DNA of 57,932 nt from a virus (taxonomy: Duplodnaviria > Caudoviricetes), in the IMG/VR virus record IMGVR_UViG_3300027772_000031, positions 1 to 57,932 of that record. One strand, 5' to 3'. Numbering within the stretch: position 1 is the first letter of the stretch; each line of letters starts with the position of its first letter. The notes under the pieces were generated by a model. It did not search any database. It was not told the DNA's origin and saw only the letters and a program-made list of their open reading frames with translations. Below are positions 9,853-19,667 of the stretch, in pieces. Both the position numbers and the translations under genes were made by a program.

Positions 9853-10664
9853 AGCCTATCATTTATATTAATTTCATTTGAATCTATTTTTATTATTTGT
9901 AAGCTATTTTTAATGTAGTCACCTTCTATAACTTCAATTTCAGCAGTTGGATTATTACTTTTAATAGAATAGTTTGCAACCCAGTGTTCGTCTGGATCAC
10001 GTTGATAATCTACAAAAATTCTCAAAAAATACCTATCCGATCCTTTAAAAGATTTTACCGCATGATAAAATGGTTCTGTTGATGGCATAACAACCGCATC
10101 GCCTATGGACGGCTTGTACTTATAGCTTTTATTTGATACTGAGTCATATGCACAAATTTCTCCACCTTCGTAATCGTCATTTAAATAAAAATTTACAGTG
10201 ATAACGTGTCTACGGGTTTTAAAATCGCTAATCATGGGAAATTCATCTACGTGATAATCCATTAACAGGTCTTGTTTCATTTTATTTACACTTTCAAGAT
10301 CATACCTAAAATAATCAATTTCGTAGTTTGATTTTTGTTCTTTTACTTTTGACCAATCTTTTATAAAAGATGGCCATATGCCTTTTTCATTTTCAAAACT
10401 TTCAAAATAGTCTCTTTTAATAAATTCAAAAGCATCACAAATTTCTATTAAATATTTATTTTCGTCATTTTTATATTCACGGGTTTTATCAAATTCCGAA
10501 AACCTTCTTTCGCCTTGTCCATACCAAACCTTCCAATCCATAAAGCAAGACTCTACACTATTATTTTTTAATTTTTCAATTAACTCTTTGCTATTTTTAA
10601 ATAAATTTTTATAAATAACAATTTGTGGAGCTACAACAATTTTTTCTATTTTATTATATTCCAT
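9849..10664 (-). CDS. 2OG-Fe(II) oxygenase, prolyl 4-hydroxylase-like
   Basis: YHVD...YLNDDYEGGEI...HAV...RYF. Confidence 0.9.
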   Translation of the reverse strand: MEYNKIEKIVVAPQIVIYKNLFKNSKELIEKLKNNSVESCFMDWKVWYGQGERRFSEFDKTREYKNDENKYLIEICDAFEFIKRDYFESFENEKGIWPSFIKDWSKVKEQKSNYEIDYFRYDLESVNKMKQDLLMDYHVDEFPMISDFKTRRHVITVNFYLNDDYEGGEICAYDSVSNKSYKYKPSIGDAVVMPSTEPFYHAVKSFKGSDRYFLRIFVDYQRDPDEHWVANYSIKSNNPTAEIEVIEGDYIKNSLQIIKIDSNEININDRL

Positions 10665-10853
10665 TTAGCCCATCCTATGAATAGTCTCATGTCCTTGAGA
10701 ACAAGTCCACTTCATTATTAAATTCTCAGGATCCCACAACCCACCATCTACATCTAGATCACATTCGGAGCACGGCTTTATTCCTGAAAGAGGTTCGAAT
10801 GTAGAATCGGATTCCTCTTCTTTTCCTTTTAAAAATTCATTAAGATTTGGCAT
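10665..10853 (-). CDS. Small Zn-ribbon protein
   Basis: CSEC...CSQGH; ATG at 10853 preferred. Confidence 0.65.
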   Translation of the reverse strand: MPNLNEFLKGKEEESDSTFEPLSGIKPCSECDLDVDGGLWDPENLIMKWTCSQGHETIHRMG

Positions 10854-11844
10854 CAATGTCCTCAATTAATTTATCAACAACTTTTGGATTTTCTCTTAGA
10901 TACGTTACCGCCTTAGCACGACCTTGAAGTCTTTCGCCATTAACCGTATACCATGCTCCACCCTTTTCTACCGCTCCTACCATTTCTGCAACATCAAGAG
11001 TTTCTCCAACTAGGTCTACTCCTATATTTTCTCCTTGATAATAGAAATCATACTGTCCTGATAGATTAGGGGGGCCGAGTTTGTTGTAATCAATAATCCA
11101 ATTGACTGGTCTGCCAACTCTTTGTTCAATGATTTTATCGCCAACTTTAATGCCAGCTTTGATAGCATTAGCCTCAGCCTCGGAAGACCAGAGCTTAATA
11201 ACGGTGGAAGAGAAAAATTTGACTGCCATTCCTCCTGTCGGAATGTGGGAGGCATGCATAGATCCAAACTGATTTCTTTGTTGTGAGATGAGTACCAATA
11301 GTGTATTTTTGTTTGCATAATTTAACATTTTGACTGCATGAGTCATATCCTTTGCTTCTGCTCCGATTTGCTTAGTGTCTTGCAAATCTTTCATTTCATT
11401 TCCATCTTTTTCAAAATAAATAGCTGGAAGTAAAGCAGATATTGAATCTACAACAATTATATCTACTCCAGCGTCCATTAATTTGGTTGCTACATCTACC
11501 ATATCATTAACTGTTTTTGCTGGTGAATAAATGAGCTCAGATGAATTTACTCCAAGTGTCTCTGCCCATGTCTGATCAAAAGATGCTTCTGCATCAATCC
11601 ACGCACAAGTCTTTCCTTCTTTTTGCGCCAGGGCAATCATCTGTAAACAAAATGAAGATTTTCCAGCAGACTTATTGCCCCATACAAGGGCTTGTCTTCC
11701 AAAACCAAGACCACCCTTTAACGCCATATTTAAACCAATGCTTGGCGTTTTTTGTTTTTCAACTTTAATGTCTTGTGCTGATTGAACTCTTGCTCTTGTT
11801 TTTGGATCTAATTTTGCTAGTATATCATCTAGTTCGATAGTCAT
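10840..11844 (-). CDS. recA: RecA-family recombinase
   Basis: Walker A GNKSAGKS, WIDAE, IVVDS, TGGMAVKFFS, GGAWY. Confidence 0.95.
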   Translation of the reverse strand: MTIELDDILAKLDPKTRARVQSAQDIKVEKQKTPSIGLNMALKGGLGFGRQALVWGNKSAGKSSFCLQMIALAQKEGKTCAWIDAEASFDQTWAETLGVNSSELIYSPAKTVNDMVDVATKLMDAGVDIIVVDSISALLPAIYFEKDGNEMKDLQDTKQIGAEAKDMTHAVKMLNYANKNTLLVLISQQRNQFGSMHASHIPTGGMAVKFFSSTVIKLWSSEAEANAIKAGIKVGDKIIEQRVGRPVNWIIDYNKLGPPNLSGQYDFYYQGENIGVDLVGETLDVAEMVGAVEKGGAWYTVNGERLQGRAKAVTYLRENPKVVDKLIEDIDAKS

Positions 11845-11864
11845 TATATTCCTTTGTTATACCC

Positions 11865-11876
11865 ATTATACCATTT
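11865..11876 (-). promoter_or_regulatory. Extended -10 promoter for recA
   Basis: AAATGGTATAAT followed by AAGGA RBS. Confidence 0.6.
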
Positions 11877-12228
11877 AAAACAGGTTGTTGTGAAGAGGGG
11901 GTCTATTTAAATTTATTTGCATTTTTTTTGCAAGCTGCTCATCTAGGCTATCGGTAATTAATCCACCGTCCATCATTGCAGCATAAACATCCAGCATTCT
12001 AATTAAAACATCTGCCATCTCTTCTACAATTTCTTGAGATCCTTTATTTTTTCGGATAGCTTCCAAAACCTCAGTAACTTCCGAATGGACCAAAGCAAGT
12101 TTATTGCCAATTTTATCATGACTGATTGGCCCCTTCCAAAATCCTTTTGAAATAGCAGTGTCATGCAATATAGCAGAAAGTGCGTCTAGGCCGTAGTCTG
12201 TAACCATGGTTACATCGTTATTGCTCAT
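11875..12228 (-). CDS. MazG-like nucleotide pyrophosphohydrolase
   Basis: LVHSEVTEVLEA...EEMADVLIR...KM..N..RP. Exact start uncertain. Confidence 0.85.
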   Translation of the reverse strand: MSNNDVTMVTDYGLDALSAILHDTAISKGFWKGPISHDKIGNKLALVHSEVTEVLEAIRKNKGSQEIVEEMADVLIRMLDVYAAMMDGGLITDSLDEQLAKKMQINLNRPPLHNNLF

Positions 12229-12448
12229 TAGCATTTTCTTTATTATCAGATTGTGCACCGCTGCCTATCTTAAAGGTAAAGGTTTGATTATCAGAATTAT
12301 AATCAACCTGTAGGTCTTTGTCCTCGTTAACCGAATTTAAAAATTTTGCTACTGGGATCGATACCTCTCCTAAATGTTCTACTAAAGATACCAGAATCCT
12401 AGTCACATTCATATTTGCAAAAATTTCTTGAACGCTTTCTTCTGCCAT
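12218..12448 (-). CDS. Hypothetical protein
   Basis: AGGAG RBS before ATG 12448. Confidence 0.7.
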   Translation of the reverse strand: MAEESVQEIFANMNVTRILVSLVEHLGEVSIPVAKFLNSVNEDKDLQVDYNSDNQTFTFKIGSGAQSDNKENANEQ

Positions 12449-12495
12449 ACTGTTGCTCCTATTTCTATTATTTTTCTTGGAGTGCACCAAGATAT

Positions 12496-15400
12496 TTACT
12501 TTATTTCCTTAACCATGATTGTGCCGTCGTCTAATTCAGACAATACCACAGTGCATTTCATTCCTTCACGCATTTTTGCTAACGATATCTTGTACATGCT
12601 TGGAAATACAATTACTCTGGTAAGCTCTCTTTCTCTATTTGATAGAACTATGTGGCTCATTGTTTTACCAGCTTTAGTAATATACGGAGTAAAGTTAACT
12701 ACAATATATTCATCTTTATTTAAATCATATTCTTTTCTATAAAGGTAGTCCACGAACATGTCTTTGCTGTTTGGATCAATATCACTTATTTTTACATACC
12801 TTGCAATACGATTATCTCCAACTAAAACAAAATACATTTGTCCAGTCTCTATCTGTGTTTGCTCGTTATGGAAAAGACCAACTGATCCCGTTTCATCTAC
12901 AAGTTCTACTCTTGCCCAGCCAGATCCTCTTTTAATAGATTTAACCATTCCAAACATAACAAACGAACCAAGATCATCAAATTCTGAAATTGGTCTGGCT
13001 TGAGACTTTATTCTGGGTGGAACCCCTTCAAGGTTAAACGTTGGTATTCCTAAGTACTCATAATAATTTTCTTTTTCTTTACCACTTCTTTCGTTATCAT
13101 CAAAAGCTGCGCCACCAATAGCATTAAGGGCAGCAACTGCTCGACTATTAATCCCGCTACCCTTTTCTGAAACTTTTTGTGAAAAATCAGAATAGCTGGC
13201 GTATGGTCTTTTTTCTATAATTTTATTCGCTATGCTATCAGATATGAATTTTACTTCAGCAAGACCAAAAACAATTTTGTCTTTTTGTAAAGAGAAATTA
13301 ACATCTGATTCATTAATGTGTGGCAAAGACACTCTAAGCCCTAGTCTTTTTGCTTCAATTAGATATTCGGTTCTTGCGTCCTTGTCATTTTCATTTTTAA
13401 GAATCGAAAACATAAATTCAATTGGATAATAATTTTTGAGCCAAGCAGTGTAATAACTAAGCATAGAATATGCAACAGCGTGACTACGATTAAAAGAATA
13501 ACCCGCATGAGCTTCAAAAGTTTGCCAAAGGGTCTCTGCTTGTTTTTTAGAAATGTGTTTTGAAGCCCCATCAATAAACTTATCCTTGAACTGGTCAAAC
13601 TCTTTTGCATCTTTTTTCTTTCCAATAATCTTGCGGACCTTATCAGCCTCTGACCAAGTCATACCACCAAGGTGTACGCATGCCTGCATAACCTGCTCTT
13701 GATATATGATAACACCATATGTGTTCTCGGTGAAAGGCTTCATTATTGGGTGAATGTAGCTAACCGCTTCATTTCCATGTTTACGTTTAATGTAAGAAGA
13801 TCCTACCGTATTCATTGCTCCTGGTCGAACTAGAGCATTGGAGGCCGCAAGTTCTTCAAATTTATCTACACCAACTTTAATTAATAGATTTGTGTAAGGA
13901 GTTGCTTCTGCCTGAAAAACACCTTTTGTATATCCATCGCTAAGCATCTTATAAACATTTGCGTCATCCATTGCCAGACTAGACAGATGAATTTCTTTTC
14001 CGCTTCTATCCTTAATAGACTTCAGGGTATCAGAAATTACAGACAAGGTCTTAAGTCCTAGTGCATCTAGTTTGATAAGACCTATATCTGCAACCGTATC
14101 CATGTCGTATGCAACAACAGGAATTCTTCCTGATACTTTATCTTGTGCATCTTCACGAGATTCAACTGGTGCAAACTTTCTAATATCATCTTTTGCAACA
14201 ACTACTCCAGCAGCATGTACTCCAACAGATCTGATTCTTCCACGTAGCTTTTCTGATAGCCATATGACTTCAGGATATCTGGCTCTAAATTCTTTAGTAT
14301 TGGGAGAGTCTATAAAATCTTCAAATGTATCAATTGATTTTAATGCACGATTTACTTCTTGAAGTGGAACCATGAAAACACGTGCAGCATCTCTAATAAC
14401 ACCCTTATCTTTAAAGTATGTATATGTAGAAATTGATGCTACGTGCTTAAACTTCTTTTTTAAATAATCTTTAACTTCTTTTCTTCGGCGATCTTCAAAG
14501 TCCGTATCAATATCTGGAAAGTCATTACGCTCTGGGTTAATGAATCGGAAAAACAATAGGTCATATTCTATTGGATCTACATCAGTAATTCCTAATGCAT
14601 AACAAACTAAAGATCCTGCAGCAGAGCCACGTCCAGGCCCAACCATAATGCCATTTTCTTTAGCCCAATTAATCATATCTGCAACAACTAAGAAATAGGA
14701 AGCAAAATTTTTATCTTTAATAATCTCAAGCTCTTCTATAAGCCTTTGGTCATATACGTCATTTCCCAGCCAGTTCTCTCTCAGGCGTAGCCTTTCTAGG
14801 CCTTCAAAGGCCATATCAGACAGTTTTTGGTCGGCATTGGTCTTTGGGATAGGTAGTAGGTCTAAACCCCTGTTAAAATCGTATTCTGAGACTTTATTGG
14901 ATATCTCTATAGTATTTTCATATATATCTGTTCTAGTTATACCAATCTCATTAAAATCAAATTCAATTTCAGGTCTGCTCTGAATAAATAAATTATATTT
15001 CTGAAATGATATTTTTCTGTCTGGATATAAGTAGTTTAGTCTATCCCCTATGTCTTTAATTTTTCTAGACGAATCGAAGTCTGCCTCTTTATCCATTTTG
15101 GGAGATGTAGATAGAATCAGCATTGCTTCTTCTAATACCCTATCTTCTTCTTTGGCGTAATGGGAATCGCTGGTTGCCACCATCTTAATTCCTAATTCAT
15201 CTGACAACTCTATTAAACCTTTGTTTACTTCCGCTTCGTTGTGGGCCTGAATTTCTACATAAAAATCTTCTTTGAACTGATCTTTAAATTCTTGTAACAA
15301 AAGCTTTGCTTCATCCATATTTCCTTTTGCAATACACTTTGCCATAATTCCGTTCATGCAGCCAGACAGGACAATTACTCCTTCTTTGTATAGAAACAAT

Positions 15401-15783
15401 ATCTCTCTATCAATTCTTGGCTTATGATAAAAACCTTCATTCCAAGCTAGCTCTTGAAGAATATTTATATTCTCTAAACCTTTTTGGTTTTTTGCAAGAA
15501 GAATTATATGATTATATGCCTGAATTGATTTATCAGTTTTAGATGAACGGTCAAATCTATCTGTTGGTGATATATAGGCCTCAACTCCAAGAATAGGCTT
15601 TATTCCACTATCCCTGCATGCTATTTGAAAGTCTCTATGGGATGAAAGTGTTCCGTGATCTGTTATTGCTAAAGAAGTTTGTCCAGCATCCTTAGCGGCA
15701 TTAACAAGTTCAATCGGTGAGTTTAACCCATCCATTAATGAGTAATAAGAATGTACATGTAAGTGCGTAAAGTCTTTATTCAA
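12496..15783 (-). CDS. dnaE: DNA polymerase III alpha subunit
   Basis: PHP motifs HLHVHS, TDHG, SDSHY; GRGSAAGS, PDIDTD, HAAGVV, YSFNRSH; C-terminal OB fold. Confidence 0.97.
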   Translation of the reverse strand: MNKDFTHLHVHSYYSLMDGLNSPIELVNAAKDAGQTSLAITDHGTLSSHRDFQIACRDSGIKPILGVEAYISPTDRFDRSSKTDKSIQAYNHIILLAKNQKGLENINILQELAWNEGFYHKPRIDREILFLYKEGVIVLSGCMNGIMAKCIAKGNMDEAKLLLQEFKDQFKEDFYVEIQAHNEAEVNKGLIELSDELGIKMVATSDSHYAKEEDRVLEEAMLILSTSPKMDKEADFDSSRKIKDIGDRLNYLYPDRKISFQKYNLFIQSRPEIEFDFNEIGITRTDIYENTIEISNKVSEYDFNRGLDLLPIPKTNADQKLSDMAFEGLERLRLRENWLGNDVYDQRLIEELEIIKDKNFASYFLVVADMINWAKENGIMVGPGRGSAAGSLVCYALGITDVDPIEYDLLFFRFINPERNDFPDIDTDFEDRRRKEVKDYLKKKFKHVASISTYTYFKDKGVIRDAARVFMVPLQEVNRALKSIDTFEDFIDSPNTKEFRARYPEVIWLSEKLRGRIRSVGVHAAGVVVAKDDIRKFAPVESREDAQDKVSGRIPVVAYDMDTVADIGLIKLDALGLKTLSVISDTLKSIKDRSGKEIHLSSLAMDDANVYKMLSDGYTKGVFQAEATPYTNLLIKVGVDKFEELAASNALVRPGAMNTVGSSYIKRKHGNEAVSYIHPIMKPFTENTYGVIIYQEQVMQACVHLGGMTWSEADKVRKIIGKKKDAKEFDQFKDKFIDGASKHISKKQAETLWQTFEAHAGYSFNRSHAVAYSMLSYYTAWLKNYYPIEFMFSILKNENDKDARTEYLIEAKRLGLRVSLPHINESDVNFSLQKDKIVFGLAEVKFISDSIANKIIEKRPYASYSDFSQKVSEKGSGINSRAVAALNAIGGAAFDDNERSGKEKENYYEYLGIPTFNLEGVPPRIKSQARPISEFDDLGSFVMFGMVKSIKRGSGWARVELVDETGSVGLFHNEQTQIETGQMYFVLVGDNRIARYVKISDIDPNSKDMFVDYLYRKEYDLNKDEYIVVNFTPYITKAGKTMSHIVLSNRERELTRVIVFPSMYKISLAKMREGMKCTVVLSELDDGTIMVKEIK

Positions 15784-15904
15784 AGTCTACCTGATTCTCA
15801 AAGTGTTCTGGTGAAATGGTTTGCTTATCGTCATCCATTGAACCGCATACAGTGCAAGTTACTTGACCGTCAAGGTCCAGCTCAAAGGTGCAGTTGTGCG
15901 CCAT
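15776..15904 (-). CDS. Small Cys/His protein (42 aa)
   Basis: Hand-translated MAHNCTFELDLDGQVTCTVCGSMDDDKQTISPEHFENQVDFE. Confidence 0.6.
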   Translation of the reverse strand: MAHNCTFELDLDGQVTCTVCGSMDDDKQTISPEHFENQVDFE

Positions 15905-15905
15905 G

Positions 15906-16235
15906 TTAATGAAAACTATCTCCACAAGCGCATGAGCCTTGTGCATTAGGATTATCTATTGTAAAGCCCTGCTTCTCTATTGTATCTACAAAGTCTAGGT
16001 TCGAGCCCTGTAAATAAGGATCCGACATTCTATCTAATCTAAGATCAAAGCCTTCAAAGGGATAGATTACATCGCCCTCTTTTTCTTCATAGTCAAAGTA
16101 GGTTTGATATTTAAGTCCAGAGCATCCTCCAGGTTGAACAGATACACGTAGGAATTGAGGTCGTCCAGGTGTAGCTATCTGAGAGTCTTTTATCAGCTCT
16201 GCCACTTTCTTTACTGCATTATTGCTTAATATCAT
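15906..16235 (-). CDS. erpA: HesB/IscA/ErpA Fe-S cluster carrier
   Basis: GGCSG and C-terminal NPNAQGSCACGDSF. Confidence 0.93.
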   Translation of the reverse strand: MILSNNAVKKVAELIKDSQIATPGRPQFLRVSVQPGGCSGLKYQTYFDYEEKEGDVIYPFEGFDLRLDRMSDPYLQGSNLDFVDTIEKQGFTIDNPNAQGSCACGDSFH

Positions 16236-16442
16236 TTAGTATCCACCCATACATTCATTGCGAGTATGATAAAGTCTAATCTTAGTCATTGTCTTTTTAT
16301 TCGGAGCATAAAACTCTTCCCCACAGCATGCTGACCTTAAATGCCACTCTTTAGCAAAGTAGTCATAGACCATACCTTTGAAATTGGCATACTTGTGTGC
16401 TACAAATGTAGCAAATGGGTCTGGTATTTCATATGAGGTCAT
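16236..16442 (-). CDS. Hypothetical protein
   Basis: ORF directly behind a leaderless promoter. Confidence 0.7.
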   Translation of the reverse strand: MTSYEIPDPFATFVAHKYANFKGMVYDYFAKEWHLRSACCGEEFYAPNKKTMTKIRLYHTRNECMGGY

Positions 16443-16448
16443 GACTAC

Positions 16449-16477
16449 ATTCTACTAAATAAAATAGGGCCAGTCAA
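16449..16477 (-). promoter_or_regulatory. sigma70-type promoter, leaderless
   Basis: TTGACT-17-TAGAAT, 6 nt before the ATG at 16442. Confidence 0.75.
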
Positions 16478-16490
16478 TAGACTGGCCCTA
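16456..16490 (-). terminator. Rho-independent terminator after the SSB gene
   Basis: TAGGGCCAGTC-TATT-GACTGGCCCTA stem followed by TTTTATTT. Confidence 0.85.
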
Positions 16491-16500
16491 CGCTTAATAT

Positions 16501-17166
16501 TTACCAGTCTACGCTGCTTGATGAAGCGGACTCTTCTGGTCCTGTGCCTTCACCCATATAGAAAGCTTCTTGTTCTGCATATGGAACATGTCGAACAGCA
16601 GTTTTTTCTAAATCAAACAAAACTAAACTAGATGAATCAAATGCAGTTTCATCTTTTGCCAATGGAATAATTGTGTAGCTTGTATCTGTTTTAGATCCAT
16701 TGCGCTTAATTCTCCACATGAGATTTGTAATACTACCCATTTCTCCAGCATACTCTATAAGTGTAGGAGTAATAGTTTTTCCACTTGTACCTTGTGAAAG
16801 AATAGCAACATACGGATCTGTTTTGCCATCATCTACCAGTACGTTTATGTAAAGACGGGTTCTTGCTTTCCATCCAGCTTTTGGATCTTTCCTGTGTTGT
16901 TCGTTAGCCCAATCACGTCCGTCTGAATCCATTGTGTCAAGAGCTTTGCGGCGATAATCTTTTGGGTTAGTGTGTTCTAAAGCAATAAAACCACAACCTA
17001 GCTTATCATTGTAGTGTGGCGAATCAGCATCTAATTCTTGAAGAAATCTAATCTTTATGCTTTCTCCATCTTCAACCTTTAGCCATCTACCTTTATTTTC
17101 ATCCCCACTATAAGTAGGTTTATCTAGTGCCTTGTTAAGTTCTTTTAGTCCTTTTACTATACTCAT
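16501..17166 (-). CDS. Single-stranded DNA-binding protein (gp32-like)
   Basis: KIRFL...RLYINVLV...RNGSKTDTSY, acidic tail ending in W, position after primase. Confidence 0.75.
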   Translation of the reverse strand: MSIVKGLKELNKALDKPTYSGDENKGRWLKVEDGESIKIRFLQELDADSPHYNDKLGCGFIALEHTNPKDYRRKALDTMDSDGRDWANEQHRKDPKAGWKARTRLYINVLVDDGKTDPYVAILSQGTSGKTITPTLIEYAGEMGSITNLMWRIKRNGSKTDTSYTIIPLAKDETAFDSSSLVLFDLEKTAVRHVPYAEQEAFYMGEGTGPEESASSSSVDW

Positions 17167-17216
17167 ATATTCTCCTTTTGTAGTTGATGGTATATATCCA
17201 TCTTTATTTTTTTTAT

Positions 17217-18215
17217 TTACGAGTTCCAGGATCTGTATTCTATATCAGATACTGCATTTACAACACAAGCCTTTATTTCCTCATCGGTCATATCGCCTGC
17301 ATCTTTTGCATCATGTGGGTATATCTTACCATAAGAGTAAGAAGCCCACAAGAGGTCTTTATTTTTTAATCTATTGGCTATGCTCAGGCCTAGCTCCCTG
17401 CCAGCCAAATCTACGTCTGTCATTACGGTTATCTTATTAAAATACCTATTTAGTATTGCATGTTGCTCCTTTGATAAAAACCCACCAAGGGTGGCAACAA
17501 CATTAGGGAATCCAGCTTGATGCACACGGATTGCATCAAAACTAGACTCCACAATTATTACATGGCTACCAATTTTTTTAGCACGATGTACATTAAACAA
17601 AGTTTTGCTTTTTGGCAGACTAGTACTATTTTTAAAAGATTTACCCTCAATAGATCTGCCAACTATTCCTATAGGGATTCCATCTGGGCTATGAACTGGA
17701 ACTGTTACCATGTTCATGTTGCTAGAATACCCTAGGCCAAAATCAATTATTGACTGCTGATTTATTCCCCTAGAAAAAAAGTATTGTTTTCCAGGCTCAG
17801 TTGTTATTAGATCGGTATATAGCTTTTTTAAAGTATCTTCTGAAAACTCTTCAAAATCTGGCTTAGACTCAAACATCTCTGCCATTATTTCATCAAAATT
17901 ATTTAAGACTTCTTTTTCTTGAGAAGATATAAATCTCATAGCCTCAAAATCATTTTTGTGCAATACACGTTTTACTAATTCAATTAACGTTCCAGATTCT
18001 CCGCAGGAAGGGTTAAAGCATAACCATGCACCAGAGCTTTTATTAATACAGCAAGATGCGGTATGTCTATTTGAATGAAATGGGCAATAGAACATAACCT
18101 CATTTCCAGGTTCTGCTGTTACATCTAAGCCAAGGCTTTTTACAATTGACTTGATGTGGTTTGGTGCATATTGCGTGGAATTAGTTTCCCTTGCGTTATG
18201 CCCTCTGATAGCCAT
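17217..18215 (-). CDS. dnaG: DNA primase
   Basis: Zn finger CPFH...CFNPSC; TOPRIM IIVESSFD and DVDLAG. Start approximate. Confidence 0.92.
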   Translation of the reverse strand: MAIRGHNARETNSTQYAPNHIKSIVKSLGLDVTAEPGNEVMFYCPFHSNRHTASCCINKSSGAWLCFNPSCGESGTLIELVKRVLHKNDFEAMRFISSQEKEVLNNFDEIMAEMFESKPDFEEFSEDTLKKLYTDLITTEPGKQYFFSRGINQQSIIDFGLGYSSNMNMVTVPVHSPDGIPIGIVGRSIEGKSFKNSTSLPKSKTLFNVHRAKKIGSHVIIVESSFDAIRVHQAGFPNVVATLGGFLSKEQHAILNRYFNKITVMTDVDLAGRELGLSIANRLKNKDLLWASYSYGKIYPHDAKDAGDMTDEEIKACVVNAVSDIEYRSWNS

Positions 18216-18442
18216 GCCTTCTTCTTTCCTATGTATACGCCATAGAGTGTCATTAGGAACACCCATGTTTCTCCTGAGAATTCTACCGAAAAGTTAGTGT
18301 CTATGTCAAGAACCCTTGCATAGCCTTTGCTTCTCATGTCTTGCATAAGTAAGTTTTCGTATTGAGCCCTTACCCTTATCATATCCGAGTCATCCTTAAA
18401 ATTAACTTGGATTTGAAATCTTTTTATCTGTTTGTGATTCAT
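18140..18442 (-). CDS. Hypothetical protein
   Basis: ORF bridging helicase and primase. Confidence 0.65.
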   Translation of the reverse strand: MNHKQIKRFQIQVNFKDDSDMIRVRAQYENLLMQDMRSKGYARVLDIDTNFSVEFSGETWVFLMTLYGVYIGKKKAWLSEGITQGKLIPRNMHQTTSSQL

Positions 18443-19667
18443 TTTGGAATGGATTCTCATATATTTCCTTGACGATACCACGGTTGATATCCCAGTCTAA
18501 ATAAAAATTGAAATCATGACCATGTCTGTTTTTTCTTGAAACAATTTCAATCATGTTTGTTTGAGGATACCTGTGTACGGCAAGAGCCATATCTGCATCA
18601 TACTCAATAGCTTTTGACCAAGCCACCTGGCTCATCATTGGCGGATTGTCCTGATCTGAAATATCATCTGCAGTTGCTGCAGTGATATCAATTATTGGAA
18701 TATTGTTTGATACGGCAAGCATTTTAAATTCTCTAGAAACATTTCTATTTCTTTCTACTTCAGAGTTTGATCTTTTGTTATCATTAAACAATTGATGATA
18801 ATCTACAATGACAAGGTCGGGCTTATGTTGATCTATTTTACCTTGAATTGTTGCTGGTGTGACTTCAGATGAACCCTCGTTTGAAACTAAAACAAAACTA
18901 TTTTTTCCTTCAAACTTTTTATTTCCCCAGTTTCTAAAGTCATCAATATTAATATCTCCCTTTGATAAATCGCTTGCTTTGAATATACCAGAGCCAAGCA
19001 TTGTAAAAATACGGTCACGCATATTTTCTGGAGACATTTCAAGAGAAACAATCATTGGCTTGAATCCCTGTTCCCAGGCTTTACATGCCAAGTATGCTGT
19101 GAACCAAGTCTTACCTTTACCTGGCCAACCTATAGCAACAATTAAATGCCCAGGAGCCATGCCAGTCGGATAAGCTTTATCTATTGCATCAAACCCAGTT
19201 AAGATTCCTGGTGCACCACCCATAATGGATGATCTTTCTTTTACGCTTTGATAGTGCCTTGCAGCATTTTCAACATCAACAATATCTAAATCTCTTACGT
19301 TGTTGGTGTATCGGCTTAATCCTGCTAAGTCGCTTTGCATTTGTGCAAGAACTCTTGAGGCTGCATTTTCTTTAAGAGAAGACCCTCCACGTAAAATTAT
19401 ATTCTTTAGCTTACTTGAAATAAATTCATTTTTTAGTTGGTCTAGGTAGTAGCCAGTTTCTGCTTTTGCTTCTACTGCTTCAAAGTCTTTGTGTCTTTCT
19501 ATAAGGATGCCAATTTCAGGCACGGCTTTAAATTTATAATAATATGACTTTAGGCTTTCCCATATGTCTCTATGAGATGTAAACAGTTCATCAACATTAT
19601 CGGCCAACAATGTGCTTATGTCTTTATTCTTGCAGACTGCCGATATTAGCGTTGCTTCTGTATTCAT
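18402..19667 (-). CDS. dnaB: DnaB-like replicative helicase
   Basis: GWPGKGKT, SLEM, IVDY, IEYDAD, KNRHG. Confidence 0.93.
   Translation of the reverse strand: MNTEATLISAVCKNKDISTLLADNVDELFTSHRDIWESLKSYYYKFKAVPEIGILIERHKDFEAVEAKAETGYYLDQLKNEFISSKLKNIILRGGSSLKENAASRVLAQMQSDLAGLSRYTNNVRDLDIVDVENAARHYQSVKERSSIMGGAPGILTGFDAIDKAYPTGMAPGHLIVAIGWPGKGKTWFTAYLACKAWEQGFKPMIVSLEMSPENMRDRIFTMLGSGIFKASDLSKGDINIDDFRNWGNKKFEGKNSFVLVSNEGSSEVTPATIQGKIDQHKPDLVIVDYHQLFNDNKRSNSEVERNRNVSREFKMLAVSNNIPIIDITAATADDISDQDNPPMMSQVAWSKAIEYDADMALAVHRYPQTNMIEIVSRKNRHGHDFNFYLDWDINRGIVKEIYENPFQNESQTDKKISNPS

Noticed and set aside
17186-17202. Small GATGG/CCATC hairpin upstream of the SSB RBS as a gp32-like autoregulatory element
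   Set aside because: A stem of only about 5 bp is too weak to distinguish from chance.
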